Source: a virus (taxonomy: Duplodnaviria; Caudoviricetes). From it: a stretch of DNA of 46,537 nucleotides. Shown here in pieces: positions 26,612-36,320 of this stretch. Within the stretch, counting starts at the first letter, position 1. Every line of letters begins with the position of its first letter. The position numbers and the translations under genes were made by a program. The notes beneath the pieces are model-generated. The model saw only the letters and a program-made list of their open reading frames with translations. It did not search any database and had not been told where the DNA came from. The stretch lies in the IMG/VR virus record IMGVR_UViG_3300048865_000027, positions 1 through 46,537 of that record; one strand, written 5' to 3'.

Positions 26612-26635
26612 GCCGCCTCCGGGCGGCTTTTTTTT
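26612..26635 (+). terminator. Intrinsic terminator inside the late operon
   Basis: GCCGCC-TCCG-GGCGGC-T8. Confidence 0.7.
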
Positions 26636-26653
26636 CGCCCCTACGGAGCAATC

Positions 26654-27673
26654 ATGAACCTGAGCAAAACCGAACTGGCGGCCGTGATGGACGCTTCCCG
26701 GCGCATCGCACGCGCCCGCACGACGGATTCGATGATCACCTTCGATCGGCAGACCATCGACTCCGCCGGCGCCTTCCTGATCGGCGAACTGGAACGCCTG
26801 GACCAGACCTTGCACGCCCCGCTGGCGTCCGTGACCTGGTCGCGCGACATCGACCTGCGCGAGGACGTCTCGATCGCGGACGAAACGTCGTCCTTCACCA
26901 ATTCCACCTTCGCCGCGGCCGGCGGCCCGTCGCCCACCGGCAAGAGCTGGATCGGCAAGGACGCGAACGCGATCCAGGGCTTGGCGCTGGATATCGGCAA
27001 GACGGCCTCGCCGCTCACCCTGTGGGGCATGGAGCTGGGCTGGACGATTCCCGAATTGGAGTCCGCCCAGAAGCTCGGGCGCCCCGTGGACCAGCAAAAG
27101 TACACGGGCATGCAGCTCAAGCACAACATGGACATCGACGAGCAGGTGTACATCGGCGATGCCACGCTCGGCCTGTTCGGCTTGGCCAACAGTCCGAAGG
27201 TCCCCGTCGCGAACGCGCAGACCGGGAACTGGGCCACGGCCACGCCCCAGCAGATCCTGGACGATGTGAACGAGCTGCTGAACAGCGTCTGGGCGGCGTC
27301 CGGCTATGCCATCTGCCCGAGCAAGCTGTTGCTGCCTCCGGTGCAGTATTCCAAGCTGGTCGGGACCATCGTGTCGAGCGCGGGCAACATCTCGGTGCTG
27401 GAGTTCCTCAAGATGAACAGCCTGAGCAACAGCGTGAATGGCCGCCCCCTGGACATCCAGCCGCTGAAGTGGCTGTACCAGCGTGGCGCGTCCAACGCGA
27501 ACCGCATGGTGGCCTACACCCAGGACCAGCAGCGCGTGCGCTTCCCGCTGGTGCCCCTGCAGCGGACGCCGCTGGAATACCGCAGCATCTACCAGCTGAC
27601 GACCTACTTCGGCCGTCTGGGCGCCGTCGAGTTCGTGTACCCGGAAACGCTGGGTTACCGCGACGGCATCTAA
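26654..27673 (+). CDS. Major capsid protein (DUF2184 family)
   Basis: GAFLIGELERLDQ.L..PL...TWSRDI.LREDVSIADE...YRDGI. Confidence 0.9.
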   Translation: MNLSKTELAAVMDASRRIARARTTDSMITFDRQTIDSAGAFLIGELERLDQTLHAPLASVTWSRDIDLREDVSIADETSSFTNSTFAAAGGPSPTGKSWIGKDANAIQGLALDIGKTASPLTLWGMELGWTIPELESAQKLGRPVDQQKYTGMQLKHNMDIDEQVYIGDATLGLFGLANSPKVPVANAQTGNWATATPQQILDDVNELLNSVWAASGYAICPSKLLLPPVQYSKLVGTIVSSAGNISVLEFLKMNSLSNSVNGRPLDIQPLKWLYQRGASNANRMVAYTQDQQRVRFPLVPLQRTPLEYRSIYQLTTYFGRLGAVEFVYPETLGYRDGI

Positions 27674-27683
27674 GGGGATCGAC

Positions 27684-28085
27684 ATGCCGAAGATCTACGT
27701 TCACACGCCGTTCAATCTCCAGCACAAGGGGGAGAAGCACTTCTTCCCCATCGGCAACCACACGGTGCCCGCCGATATCGCTGACCACTGGTATACGAAG
27801 GCCCACACCGGCAACGAGCCGGAAGTGGACGTCGACACCAAGGCCGCGACGGATGCCATGGTCGCCGACCTGGAAGACCGGGAGAAAGCGCTGCTGGCAC
27901 GCTCCGCCAATCTGGACGCCCGCGAAGGCGTGCTGGCCGACCGCGAAAAGGCGGTGCAAGCTGCCGAAGTGGCGCTGGAAGCCCGGGAGAAGGCGCTTGC
28001 CGAAGGCAAGCAGGTCGCGCAGAATGCCCAGTCCACCGCCAAGGATGACGGCAAGCAATCCGGCAGGGCCAACGCCAGCAAGTAA
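27684..28085 (+). CDS. STY1053-like phage protein
   Basis: IYVHTPF.L...F..G.H.V...IA.HWY..AH plus coiled coil. Confidence 0.7.
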   Translation: MPKIYVHTPFNLQHKGEKHFFPIGNHTVPADIADHWYTKAHTGNEPEVDVDTKAATDAMVADLEDREKALLARSANLDAREGVLADREKAVQAAEVALEAREKALAEGKQVAQNAQSTAKDDGKQSGRANASK

Positions 28086-28094
28086 GGACCGACC

Positions 28095-28478
28095 ATGGAC
28101 GTAGCAACCTTCCGCCAGGACTTCCCGGAATTCGCCGACGCTACCGCATACCCGGACGCCGAGGTGGGATTCTTCCTGAGCCTGGCGGAACAGTTGCTCC
28201 CGGAGTGCCGCTGGGGGACGATCTGGCCGTATGCCGTGGCCTTGTTCACGGCGCACCAGCTGACTGTCGCCCGCCGCAACCAGCAGACCGCATCCGCTGG
28301 GGGCGCGCCTGGCGGTGTTTCCGGCCCGACGACTGCCAAGGCCGTGGATAAGGTGAGCGTCAGCTACGACGCTGCTGCCGTCACGCTGGAGGACGGCGGA
28401 TTCTGGAACATGAGTACCTACGGTATCCAGTTCCTTCAGTGGGCGCGCATGTTCGGCGCCGGGGGCATCCAGCTATGA
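28095..28478 (+). CDS. DUF4054 head-tail adaptor
   Basis: FRQDFPEFAD...LFTAH...KAVDKVSVSYD...WN.S.YG.QF. Confidence 0.85.
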   Translation: MDVATFRQDFPEFADATAYPDAEVGFFLSLAEQLLPECRWGTIWPYAVALFTAHQLTVARRNQQTASAGGAPGGVSGPTTAKAVDKVSVSYDAAAVTLEDGGFWNMSTYGIQFLQWARMFGAGGIQL

Positions 28479-28954
28479 GTGCCAAGGTCACTATCGACAG
28501 GTTGGCGCAGGTCCTGGCATCGATGTCCGAACTCGTGAAGAAGGATGTCCTCGTGGGCATACCGGACAGTGCGCCGGAGCGCCGCGACGAGACGCCGCTC
28601 TCCAATGCGCAGATCGGGTACATCCAGGAGTTCGGCAGCCCAGCGGCCAACATCCCGGCGCGGCCGTTCCTGATCCCGGGCGTGGAGAATGCCCAGCCCG
28701 AGGTTCTGGAAAGCCTGCGCGCCGGCACGAGAGCTGCACTGGACGGCAATGTGGGCCAGGTCGAGCGCAGTATGGTCTCGGCCGGCATCAAGGCACAGAA
28801 CGCTGTGCGCGCAAAGATTCAGGACGGCCCGTTTGCTCCGCTGGCACCGCGTACGCTGGCCGCACGCCGCAAGCGGGGCCGTACGGGGGACAAGCCGCTG
28901 CTCGATACCGGGCAGCTCCGCAATTCGGTCACTTACGTGCTCCGGAAGAAGTAG
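28475..28954 (+). CDS. Neck/tail-completion protein
   Basis: VLVGIP...NAQIGYIQEFGSPAANIPARPFL...KPLLDTGQLRNSV. Confidence 0.8.
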   Translation: MSAKVTIDRLAQVLASMSELVKKDVLVGIPDSAPERRDETPLSNAQIGYIQEFGSPAANIPARPFLIPGVENAQPEVLESLRAGTRAALDGNVGQVERSMVSAGIKAQNAVRAKIQDGPFAPLAPRTLAARRKRGRTGDKPLLDTGQLRNSVTYVLRKK

Positions 28955-28961
28955 AATCGAT

Positions 28962-29077
28962 TTGCTGGGAATGCGCAGGCTGATGCGCGAGTGGCCCTCA
29001 GCCGGCACCAAGCGCTTGGAAGGACTCTGAGACAGGAAGCAAGCCGGAAAGCCGGAGTTCAGCACCGGCCCCAGCAA
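28962..29077 (+). ncRNA. Candidate tRNA-shaped, kissing-loop small RNA
   Basis: Closing stem TTGCTGGG/CCCAGCAA; two 5-bp hairpins with complementary loops; upstream TAGAAT; downstream terminator. Confidence 0.6.
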
Positions 29078-29110
29078 GCCCCGACGCGAAATCGTCGGGG
29101 CTTTTTCTTT
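29076..29110 (+). terminator. Intrinsic terminator
   Basis: AAGCCCCGACG-CGAAAT-CGTCGGGGCTT-TTTCTTT. Confidence 0.8.
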
Positions 29111-29120
29111 GGAGCGTTCA

Positions 29121-29501
29121 ATGCCTTTGCTGGACGTCAGCGACGTGCTGCTGGATCCGGACTTCTTCGATACCTTGGTGTGCACGCGCAATGTCCAGAC
29201 CGTCGGCGACGATGGCATGGCCACGAACACGTCTACGGACACGCCATTCATCGGCGTCGTGACCAGCGATTCCGGAGACATCCTTACCCGCATGGAGACA
29301 GGCTCCCGCGTGAAGGGCTCCATCCTGGTATGCACGAAATTCCGCCTGGTCGAAAGCGCGCCCGGCATCGATGCGGACATCGTCACCTGGGATGGCTCCC
29401 GGTACACGGTGACCACGGTGAACAACTATTCGCGGTACGGCGCGGGCTTCGTGGAGGCCTACTGCGACCTGATACCGGTCCAAGGGGCGGGTGATGGCTA
29501 A
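29121..29501 (+). CDS. Head-closure/head-tail joining protein
   Basis: MPLLDVSDVLLDPDF...ADIVTWDG.RY.V...YG.GFV.A.C. Confidence 0.8.
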   Translation: MPLLDVSDVLLDPDFFDTLVCTRNVQTVGDDGMATNTSTDTPFIGVVTSDSGDILTRMETGSRVKGSILVCTKFRLVESAPGIDADIVTWDGSRYTVTTVNNYSRYGAGFVEAYCDLIPVQGAGDG

Positions 29502-30078
29502 GACCTCAGCGACTGGCGGATATCTGTTGCCGGCCGTGCCTTCGCCGCCGCTGGAAGACCTAGATCTCGACGCGGTGTTTCAGGCCTATGTCGTGGGCAT
29601 CACCGGACTACCGGGCGACATGGTCCGCCCGCGCTGGCAGCCGACCGTGCCACAGACGCCGGGCCCTACGGCCGACTGGTGCGCCATCGGCGTGACCCGC
29701 ACGCGATCGCAGGACTATCCCGCGATCCAGCACGATGGGACCGGCCACGGCCAGGACCTGTACACGCGGCATCAGGAAATCGACCTCCTGGCGACGTTCT
29801 ACGGGCCAAACGCCATGCGGTACGCGGAGACACTGCGCGATGGCGCGTATGTGCCCCAGAACAGCGAAGGGATCATTGCCCAGGGTATCGCCCTGGTGCA
29901 GGTCACCGACGCCTTCGCGGTGCCCGAGTTGGTCAACCAGCAGTGGCAGAAGCGGTACGACCTGCCGATGAAGTTCCGGCGCGTGATCCGGCGCACGTAC
30001 CCGGTGCTTAACCTGCTCGGCGCCGCAGCAGATATCCAGTCCGATACCGGCCCCGGCGCCGAAGTCGTCGTGCCGTAG
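29494..30078 (+). CDS. Neck/tail terminator protein
   Basis: TSATGGYL.P...[15 protein letters not shown]; precedes the sheath gene. Confidence 0.8.
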   Translation: MAKTSATGGYLLPAVPSPPLEDLDLDAVFQAYVVGITGLPGDMVRPRWQPTVPQTPGPTADWCAIGVTRTRSQDYPAIQHDGTGHGQDLYTRHQEIDLLATFYGPNAMRYAETLRDGAYVPQNSEGIIAQGIALVQVTDAFAVPELVNQQWQKRYDLPMKFRRVIRRTYPVLNLLGAAADIQSDTGPGAEVVVP

Positions 30079-30100
30079 CAGTCCCGACCAGAACCATTCC

Positions 30101-30130
30101 AGGCCCGCCACCGAGCGGGCCTTTTCTTTT
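30101..30130 (+). terminator. Intrinsic terminator
   Basis: AGGCCCGC-N6-GCGGGCCT-TTTCTTT. Confidence 0.65.
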
Positions 30131-30142
30131 CCGGAGTCATCC

Positions 30143-31624
30143 ATGAGCCAAGGGCTTCCCATCAGCGATATCGTGAACGTCGATATCGTCATGTCGCCGG
30201 TCGCCGCCGGCACGCGCGATTTCGGCGCGCTGCTGGTCGTCGGGTCTTCGCCGGTCATCGACACCCAGGAGCGGATGCGCCAGTATTCGGATCTGGATGG
30301 CGTCGCAAGCGACTTCGGCACGTCGGCGCCCGAATACCTGGCCGCGGTCCTGTTCTTCTCCCAGTCGCCGCAGCCGGACGAGCTGTACATCGGCCGCTGG
30401 GCACAGACGGCCACGGCCGGGCTGTTGCGTGGCGCCATCCTCAATCCGACCCAGCAGGCCCTGTCCAACTTCACCAGCGTCACGGACGGTGGGTTCAAGA
30501 TTACCGTCGACGGTTCCGCGAAGACCGTCAGCGGCCTGGATTTCTCGACAGCCACGAACCTCAACGGTGTGGCCTCGGAAGTGAACAGCGTCCTGACGGG
30601 CGCGGTGGTGGCCTGGGACGCGGTGAACAGCCGCTTCGTGGTGACCAGTGATACGACGGGCGGCACCTCGGCGGTGAGCTGGGCAACGGCGCCGGATTCC
30701 GGAACTGACGTCAGCACGCTGCTGGGCCTGACGCAGGCGCAGTCCGCCGTCCCGGTGGCCGGCATCGCCGCGGAGACGTTGCTGCAGGCGGTGCAGGAAC
30801 TGGCCGACATGTCCAACGACTGGTATGGCCTCATGGTGGCCGCGACCGGCGTTACCGACGATACCCACCTTGAGGTCGCCGCTTTCATCGAGGCGGCCAG
30901 CCCGTCGCGCATCTACGGCGTGACCACGCAGGCCACGGCCGCGTTGGACAGCACCATCACGACCGACATTGCCAGCCGGGTGAAGGCGGCGCTCTACAAG
31001 CGCACCTTCGTGCAGTATTCGTCGTCCAGCCCGTACGCCGCCGCTTCGATCTTCGGCCGTGCCTTCACGGTGAATTTCCAGGGCAACAACACCACCATCA
31101 CGCTGAAGTTCAAGCAGGAGCCGGGCGTGACGGCGGAGACCCTCACGACCACCCAGGCGGCCGCGCTGACGGCGAAGAACTGCAACGTGTTCGTGAACTA
31201 CGACAACGACACGGCCATCATCCAGCAGGGCGTGATGGGCAACGGCTTCTTCTTCGACGAGGTCCACGGCACCGACTGGCTGCAGAACGACGTCCAGACC
31301 GCGGTCTACAACCTGCTCTTCACCAGCACGACGAAGATTCCCCAGACGGATGCGGGCGTCAACCAGATCGTCACCACGATCGCAAGCCGGCTAGAACAGG
31401 CGGTTGCAAACGGCCTGGTCGCGCCCGGGGTGTGGAATGCCGATGGCTTCGGCAACCTGAAGCGCGGCGACACGTTGAGCAGCGGCTACTACATCTACGC
31501 CCCGCCGGTGGCTACGCAGTCGCAGGCGGACCGCGAGGCCCGCCGGTCGCCCGTGATTCAGTGCGCGATCAAACTCGCCGGCGCCATCCATAGCGTCGAC
31601 GTCATCATCAACGTCAACCGGTAA
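30143..31624 (+). CDS. Tail sheath (DUF3383 family)
   Basis: 493 aa; LKFKQEPGV...[13 protein letters not shown]...KLAGAIH.V. Confidence 0.9.
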   Translation: MSQGLPISDIVNVDIVMSPVAAGTRDFGALLVVGSSPVIDTQERMRQYSDLDGVASDFGTSAPEYLAAVLFFSQSPQPDELYIGRWAQTATAGLLRGAILNPTQQALSNFTSVTDGGFKITVDGSAKTVSGLDFSTATNLNGVASEVNSVLTGAVVAWDAVNSRFVVTSDTTGGTSAVSWATAPDSGTDVSTLLGLTQAQSAVPVAGIAAETLLQAVQELADMSNDWYGLMVAATGVTDDTHLEVAAFIEAASPSRIYGVTTQATAALDSTITTDIASRVKAALYKRTFVQYSSSSPYAAASIFGRAFTVNFQGNNTTITLKFKQEPGVTAETLTTTQAAALTAKNCNVFVNYDNDTAIIQQGVMGNGFFFDEVHGTDWLQNDVQTAVYNLLFTSTTKIPQTDAGVNQIVTTIASRLEQAVANGLVAPGVWNADGFGNLKRGDTLSSGYYIYAPPVATQSQADREARRSPVIQCAIKLAGAIHSVDVIINVNR

Positions 31625-31639
31625 TCGGAGCACGCCAAC

Positions 31640-32083
31640 ATGGCTACCTATTCGTTTCTGGACGTACAGGCCACGCTGGTCGGCCCCACCGGTGTGGTGG
31701 AAATGGGCTACGGCGCGGCCACTGCCGAGGAAGGCATCACTATCGCGCCCGCGGCCGACAAGAACACCATGACTGTCGGATCCGATGGCGAGTTCATGCA
31801 CAGCCTGCATGCGGACAAGTCGGGGCAGATCACGGTCCGCCTGCTGAAGACCAGTCCGGTCAACCAGGCGCTGATGATCCAGTACGACGCGCAGACGCTC
31901 TCCAGCGCCTTGCACGGCAAGAACGTAATCACCGTGCGCAACTCGGTCTCTGGCGACATTGCCGTGGCGCGCGGCGTCGCATTCAAGCGCGCGCCGGACC
32001 TGACCTATGCCAAGGAGGGCGGCATCGTGGAATGGACCTTCGACGCTGGCAAGATCGACCGCAACCTGGGGACGTACAACTGA
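31640..32083 (+). CDS. Tail tube (DUF3277 family)
   Basis: TYSFLDV.A...EEGITI...KNTMTVG.DG..MHSLHA. Confidence 0.85.
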   Translation: MATYSFLDVQATLVGPTGVVEMGYGAATAEEGITIAPAADKNTMTVGSDGEFMHSLHADKSGQITVRLLKTSPVNQALMIQYDAQTLSSALHGKNVITVRNSVSGDIAVARGVAFKRAPDLTYAKEGGIVEWTFDAGKIDRNLGTYN

Positions 32084-32481
32084 TGGAAACGACGATCAAC
32101 GGCAAGCAATACCGCATCGGCAAGCTGAACGCGATGCAGCAGTTCCACGTCGCGCGCCGGGTCGCCCCGGCCCTGACGGGCCTGGTGTCCGCGTTCGGCG
32201 GCGCCTCGGCAGGCCAGGCGGACTTCGCGAAGGCGCTGGGGCCGCTGGCAGATGCTGTGGCCAGGATGCCCGACGCGGATGCGGAATACGTTCTGGGCAC
32301 CTGCCTGGCCGTCGTATCCCGCCAGACCGACCCCACGACCTGGGCGCCAGTGTGGCGCGAAGGACATCTGGTCTTCGACGACATCGATCTGAAGGCCATG
32401 GTGCAGCTGGCCGCCAAGGTGATCCAGGGCAACTTGGGAAATATTTTCGGCGCACTCCCCGCGAGCCTTCCCGCGAAGTAG
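32083..32481 (+). CDS. Tail assembly chaperone
   Basis: YRIGKLNAMQQFHVARR; lies between tube and tape-measure genes. Confidence 0.85.
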   Translation: METTINGKQYRIGKLNAMQQFHVARRVAPALTGLVSAFGGASAGQADFAKALGPLADAVARMPDADAEYVLGTCLAVVSRQTDPTTWAPVWREGHLVFDDIDLKAMVQLAAKVIQGNLGNIFGALPASLPAK

Positions 32482-32675
32482 GGAATTCGGGAGTGCGCTG
32501 GGCGTCACTGCCTGGTGGCGAGGACTGGCTCCTGCGGCCCGTGGTGCGGGGCATGTGCCAATACGAGAGCCTGGTCAATGGCGCGGTGGACCTGGCAGAC
32601 GTGGCGCTGATGAACGACGCGCTGGATGTCCTGGAAGAGAACCGCGCGATCGCGCAGCGAATGAACGAGACCTGA
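32436..32675 (+). CDS. -1 frameshift extension of the tail chaperone (G-T type)
   Basis: Slippery G GGA AAT at 32436-32442; the -1 frame is open to 32675 (LPGGEDWLLRPV...DLADVALMNDALD). Confidence 0.7.
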   Translation, partial: GKYFRRTPREPSREVGNSGVRWASLPGGEDWLLRPVVRGMCQYESLVNGAVDLADVALMNDALDVLEENRAIAQRMNET

Positions 32676-32676
32676 T

Positions 32677-34515
32677 ATGGCAGCCGATGCGGACGTGATC
32701 AAGGAATTCCTGGTCAGCCTGGGATTCCAGATCGACCAGCGCGGCCAGGACCGGTTCGTCGGGGGCATAGCCGAAGCTACCAAGACTGTCGTAGCGCTCG
32801 GCGCTGCCACCGCGGCCACGGCAACCGCCGTCGTGGCGGGTGTGGCGAAGATCGCCGACAGCCTGGAGCAGTTGTACTTCGCTGCCCAGCGAAATAAGGC
32901 ATCCGTCGAGACGATTCAGGCTCTGGACTTCGCTGCCCGCCAGTTCGGCGCCGGTGCTCGGGAAGCGGTCGAGTCCTTGGGGCGCTTCGTGCGATCTTCG
33001 CCAGGCGCGGAGTCATTCCTGCGCAATCTGGGGGTTCAGACGCGGGGTGCCAACGGTCAACTGCGCGACACCGGCGATATCCTCACCGGCTTGGGCGAGC
33101 GGCTGCGCGAGATGCCGTACTACCGCGCCAAGGCATACGCCGACTTCCTCGGGATCGACGAACGGACGCTGCAGGCGCTCCAGCAGGGGCTGGGCCAGTT
33201 CAGCAACGAATACCGGGACATGCTGCGCGCCGCGCGGCTGGATTCCGACCAGGCGGCCAAGGCCAGCCATGGATTCATGGTCGAGCTGCGGACCTTGGGC
33301 GCGGCCTTCGACATCCTGGCCAAGAAGACCGGCTCCGAGTTGGCTGGCGGTCTGGCCGACGACATCCGCAGGTTCCGCCAGTGGATCGTATCCAACTTCG
33401 ACCTGATCAGCGACGCCATCGTCAAGGTGGTGGACTTCCTGGTCAAGATCGGCGACATCGTGGTCACCGTCGCTCAGCGGGCTGGCCAAGCCGTGCGGGC
33501 AGTCATTCAGTGGTTTCACGGACTGAGCGAGGAAACGCAGGAAGTCCTGCGCGTCCTTCGTCTACTGGCCGCGGCTTGGCTGGTATTCAACTCGGCATTC
33601 CTTGCTACGCCCGTCGGCCGGATTGTGGCCCTAGCCTCGGCGCTGGCGCTGCTCGTCGACGACTACCTGGTCTGGAAGGAAGGCGGGAAGTCCCTGATCG
33701 ACTGGGGGAAGTGGTCCGGGGAGATCGATAAGGCCATCGACGGCATTACGCGACTTGCCGACGTCATCGAGAAGATCTGGAAGCGGGTCGAGCCCATCCT
33801 GGATAAGTTCGCCAAGGGGCTTGGCTTCGGCGATGTGAGCGGGTACATCGATCGGTCCGTGGAAGAGGCGCACGACCTGTATAACCTGGGCGACGCGCTG
33901 CTGTCGGGCGACGGGGAGCGCGCCAAGCAGGTGCTGGAGGACCGCAAGGCGCGCCGCGCCGGCGGGAAGGAGCCGCGCGGAATCCGCAACAACAACCCGG
34001 GCAACCTGAACTATGTGGGCCAAGCCGGGGCGACGCGGGAGGAAGGACCGAACGGGCGGTTCGCGGTATTCAAGACCGCCAAGGACGGGCTGGAGGCGCT
34101 TGCCAACCAGTTGCGCCTGTACGGGGATCGGGGGCTGGACACCGTCCGAGAGGTGGTCACGACCTATGCGCCTTCGTCGGAGAACGACACCAGGGCCTAC
34201 ATCGATCAGCTGGCCCAGTTCATGGGCATCGACCCGGACGAGAAGTTCGACGTCCGGGCCGATCCGGCCGCGCTGGCCATACTCATGAAAGGCATCATCA
34301 AGCACGAGAACGGCTACAACCCCTACGGCAGCGAGCAGATCAACGCCGCCGCCGGCATGCAGCCGGTTGCCGCAGCCGCGCCGCAGATCAGCCAGAAGAC
34401 GGACATTCACATCCACGGCGTGACCGACCCACAACAGGCTGGCCAAGCCGTTGCGCGTGAGCAGGGGTCGGTAAACCAGCAACTGGTCCGGAATCTTCGT
34501 GGGGCGGTTCAATGA
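32677..34515 (+). CDS. Tape measure protein with C-terminal lysozyme-like domain
   Basis: VIKEFLVSLGF; helical body; RGIRNNNPGNL...TYAPSSENDT..Y...HENG. Confidence 0.85.
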   Translation: MAADADVIKEFLVSLGFQIDQRGQDRFVGGIAEATKTVVALGAATAATATAVVAGVAKIADSLEQLYFAAQRNKASVETIQALDFAARQFGAGAREAVESLGRFVRSSPGAESFLRNLGVQTRGANGQLRDTGDILTGLGERLREMPYYRAKAYADFLGIDERTLQALQQGLGQFSNEYRDMLRAARLDSDQAAKASHGFMVELRTLGAAFDILAKKTGSELAGGLADDIRRFRQWIVSNFDLISDAIVKVVDFLVKIGDIVVTVAQRAGQAVRAVIQWFHGLSEETQEVLRVLRLLAAAWLVFNSAFLATPVGRIVALASALALLVDDYLVWKEGGKSLIDWGKWSGEIDKAIDGITRLADVIEKIWKRVEPILDKFAKGLGFGDVSGYIDRSVEEAHDLYNLGDALLSGDGERAKQVLEDRKARRAGGKEPRGIRNNNPGNLNYVGQAGATREEGPNGRFAVFKTAKDGLEALANQLRLYGDRGLDTVREVVTTYAPSSENDTRAYIDQLAQFMGIDPDEKFDVRADPAALAILMKGIIKHENGYNPYGSEQINAAAGMQPVAAAAPQISQKTDIHIHGVTDPQQAGQAVAREQGSVNQQLVRNLRGAVQ

Positions 34516-35081
34516 TTGGTGACCTGACTTCCATATTCCTGCGAACGCCGAGGGCCCTGGGACAGGTGATTCCCCAGGTGGCGATCGAGGAGGTGCACCG
34601 CGACGAGGTGGCCATCACCGACCATCCTGTCGAGCAGGGGGCAGCCATCTCGGACCATGCGTTCAAGATGCCGGCCGAGCTGGTCATCCGCTATGGATGG
34701 TCCGAATCGCGAGACATCTTGGACAGCATCCTGGATGGCGGCCTGATCAGCGTCGACGAGGTCTACCGCCGACTTCTGGAAATGCAGGAGCAGCGACAGC
34801 CCTTCGACGTGATTACCAAGCGGCGCGCGTACAGGAACATGCTGATCCGCTCATTGCAGGTGACCACGGACCAGCAGTCCAACAACATCCTGATGGTCCA
34901 GGCGGCGCTGCGCCAGGTCATCATCGTGCAGGTCACGACGGTTCAGGTTCCGCCCAAGACGGCGCAGGCTTACCCGGTGGACACCGCGCCGCCGGTGGAT
35001 GCTGGCGTGAAGCAAGCGAAGCCTGTGAACGAAAGCATCCTGTACAAGGCCGGGTCAATCAGCGGAGCAATCGGGCAATGA
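34512..35081 (+). CDS. Baseplate/Dit-like tail protein
   Basis: IEEVHRD...ITDHPVEQGA.ISDHAF..P. Confidence 0.8.
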   Translation: MIGDLTSIFLRTPRALGQVIPQVAIEEVHRDEVAITDHPVEQGAAISDHAFKMPAELVIRYGWSESRDILDSILDGGLISVDEVYRRLLEMQEQRQPFDVITKRRAYRNMLIRSLQVTTDQQSNNILMVQAALRQVIIVQVTTVQVPPKTAQAYPVDTAPPVDAGVKQAKPVNESILYKAGSISGAIGQ

Positions 35082-35386
35082 CGACGGCGTATGAAATCCC
35101 GCTCACGTCGGATTCCCAGCGGTTCACCATCACGCTTGCGGATGTGGTCTACAGCCTCGCGCTGACTTGGCGCACCGGCACCGGCTGGGTGCTGGATATC
35201 GCGGATGCCAACAATGTGCCGCTGGTCTCCGGAATTCCGCTGGTCACCGGTGTGGATCTGCTGGGGCAGTTCGGATACCTGGGGATCGGCGGCGAGCTGA
35301 TCGTTCTGGTAGACGGCGACATCGCCACGGTGCCCACCTACGACAACCTGGGCACCGAAGGAAAGCTGTACTTCGTCACGCAGTAG
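35078..35386 (+). CDS. Baseplate plug-like protein
   Basis: EIPL....Q.F.ITL...WVLDI.D...PLV.GIPLVTG.DLL.Q. Confidence 0.75.
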   Translation: MTTAYEIPLTSDSQRFTITLADVVYSLALTWRTGTGWVLDIADANNVPLVSGIPLVTGVDLLGQFGYLGIGGELIVLVDGDIATVPTYDNLGTEGKLYFVTQ

Positions 35387-35396
35387 GGAGAGGTCC

Positions 35397-36320
35397 ATGA
35401 CAGACCAATGGCTTCGCCAGGCGTCGCTGATCGTCGCCGACGATGCCGGTAACGGCCTGGACATATCCGAGCTACGCCTTCGATTCGTTGTCGCGCGCGG
35501 TGACGTTCGGACGCCGCACCGGGCCACCATTCGGGTCAACAATCTGTCCTCGACCACGGCGCAGCGGATCCGGGACGAGTTCTCGCGCGTACAGTTGCAG
35601 GCAGGCTACGCCGGCACGATGAGCCCGATCTTTCAGGGGGACATCGTCCAGAAGCGCATGGGGCGCGAAAGTGCGCTGGATACATACCTGGACCTGACCG
35701 CGGTGGACGGCGACAAGGCCTATAACTTCGGCGTGGTGAACACGACCTTGGCCGCCGGTTGGACCTTCCAGGACATGTACGAAGCCATCCTCAAGGTGCT
35801 GCGGCCCTACGGCATTGTTGCCGGCTATGCGCCGCCGTTTCCAGGTATCAAGAATCCGCGGGGCAAGCCCATGTTCGGCATGGTGCGCGACCAGCTGCAG
35901 GCGCTGGCGCAGGCCCTGAACAGTAGCTGGTACGTGCAGGACGGAAAGCTCAACATCGTGCCGCTCTTCGGCTACATCGAGGGCGAGGCGATCGTGCTGA
36001 CTGCAAAGACCGGCATGGTAGGCATGCCGCAAAAGAACCTGAACGGCGGCATTACGGTCCGGTGCCTGCTGAATCCTGGCATCACGCCCGGCCGCTTGAT
36101 CCAACTGGACAACGCATCCATCCAGGACGCCACGATCTCGGTCGACTACACCGCGGTGAACTTTGTGCCGCAGACGGACGCCGACGGCTTCTACCGCGTC
36201 CTGGCGGTCAACCACATCGGCGACACCAGAGGCCAGGAATGGTACTCGGAGATCGTCTGCCTGGCTCGGGACGATCCCGGGCCGCCCAACGCATCACTTC
36301 TGGGATTCGTGAATGGATAG
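35397..36320 (+). CDS. Baseplate hub protein
   Basis: LQAGY...IFQG...DGD.AY...TGMVG.P...CLLNP. Confidence 0.8.
   Translation: MTDQWLRQASLIVADDAGNGLDISELRLRFVVARGDVRTPHRATIRVNNLSSTTAQRIRDEFSRVQLQAGYAGTMSPIFQGDIVQKRMGRESALDTYLDLTAVDGDKAYNFGVVNTTLAAGWTFQDMYEAILKVLRPYGIVAGYAPPFPGIKNPRGKPMFGMVRDQLQALAQALNSSWYVQDGKLNIVPLFGYIEGEAIVLTAKTGMVGMPQKNLNGGITVRCLLNPGITPGRLIQLDNASIQDATISVDYTAVNFVPQTDADGFYRVLAVNHIGDTRGQEWYSEIVCLARDDPGPPNASLLGFVNG

Noticed and set aside
28962-29077. Canonical tRNA or hammerhead ribozyme
   Set aside because: No standard 7-nt anticodon or T loop; CTGATG is followed by C rather than the hammerhead CUGAnGA core
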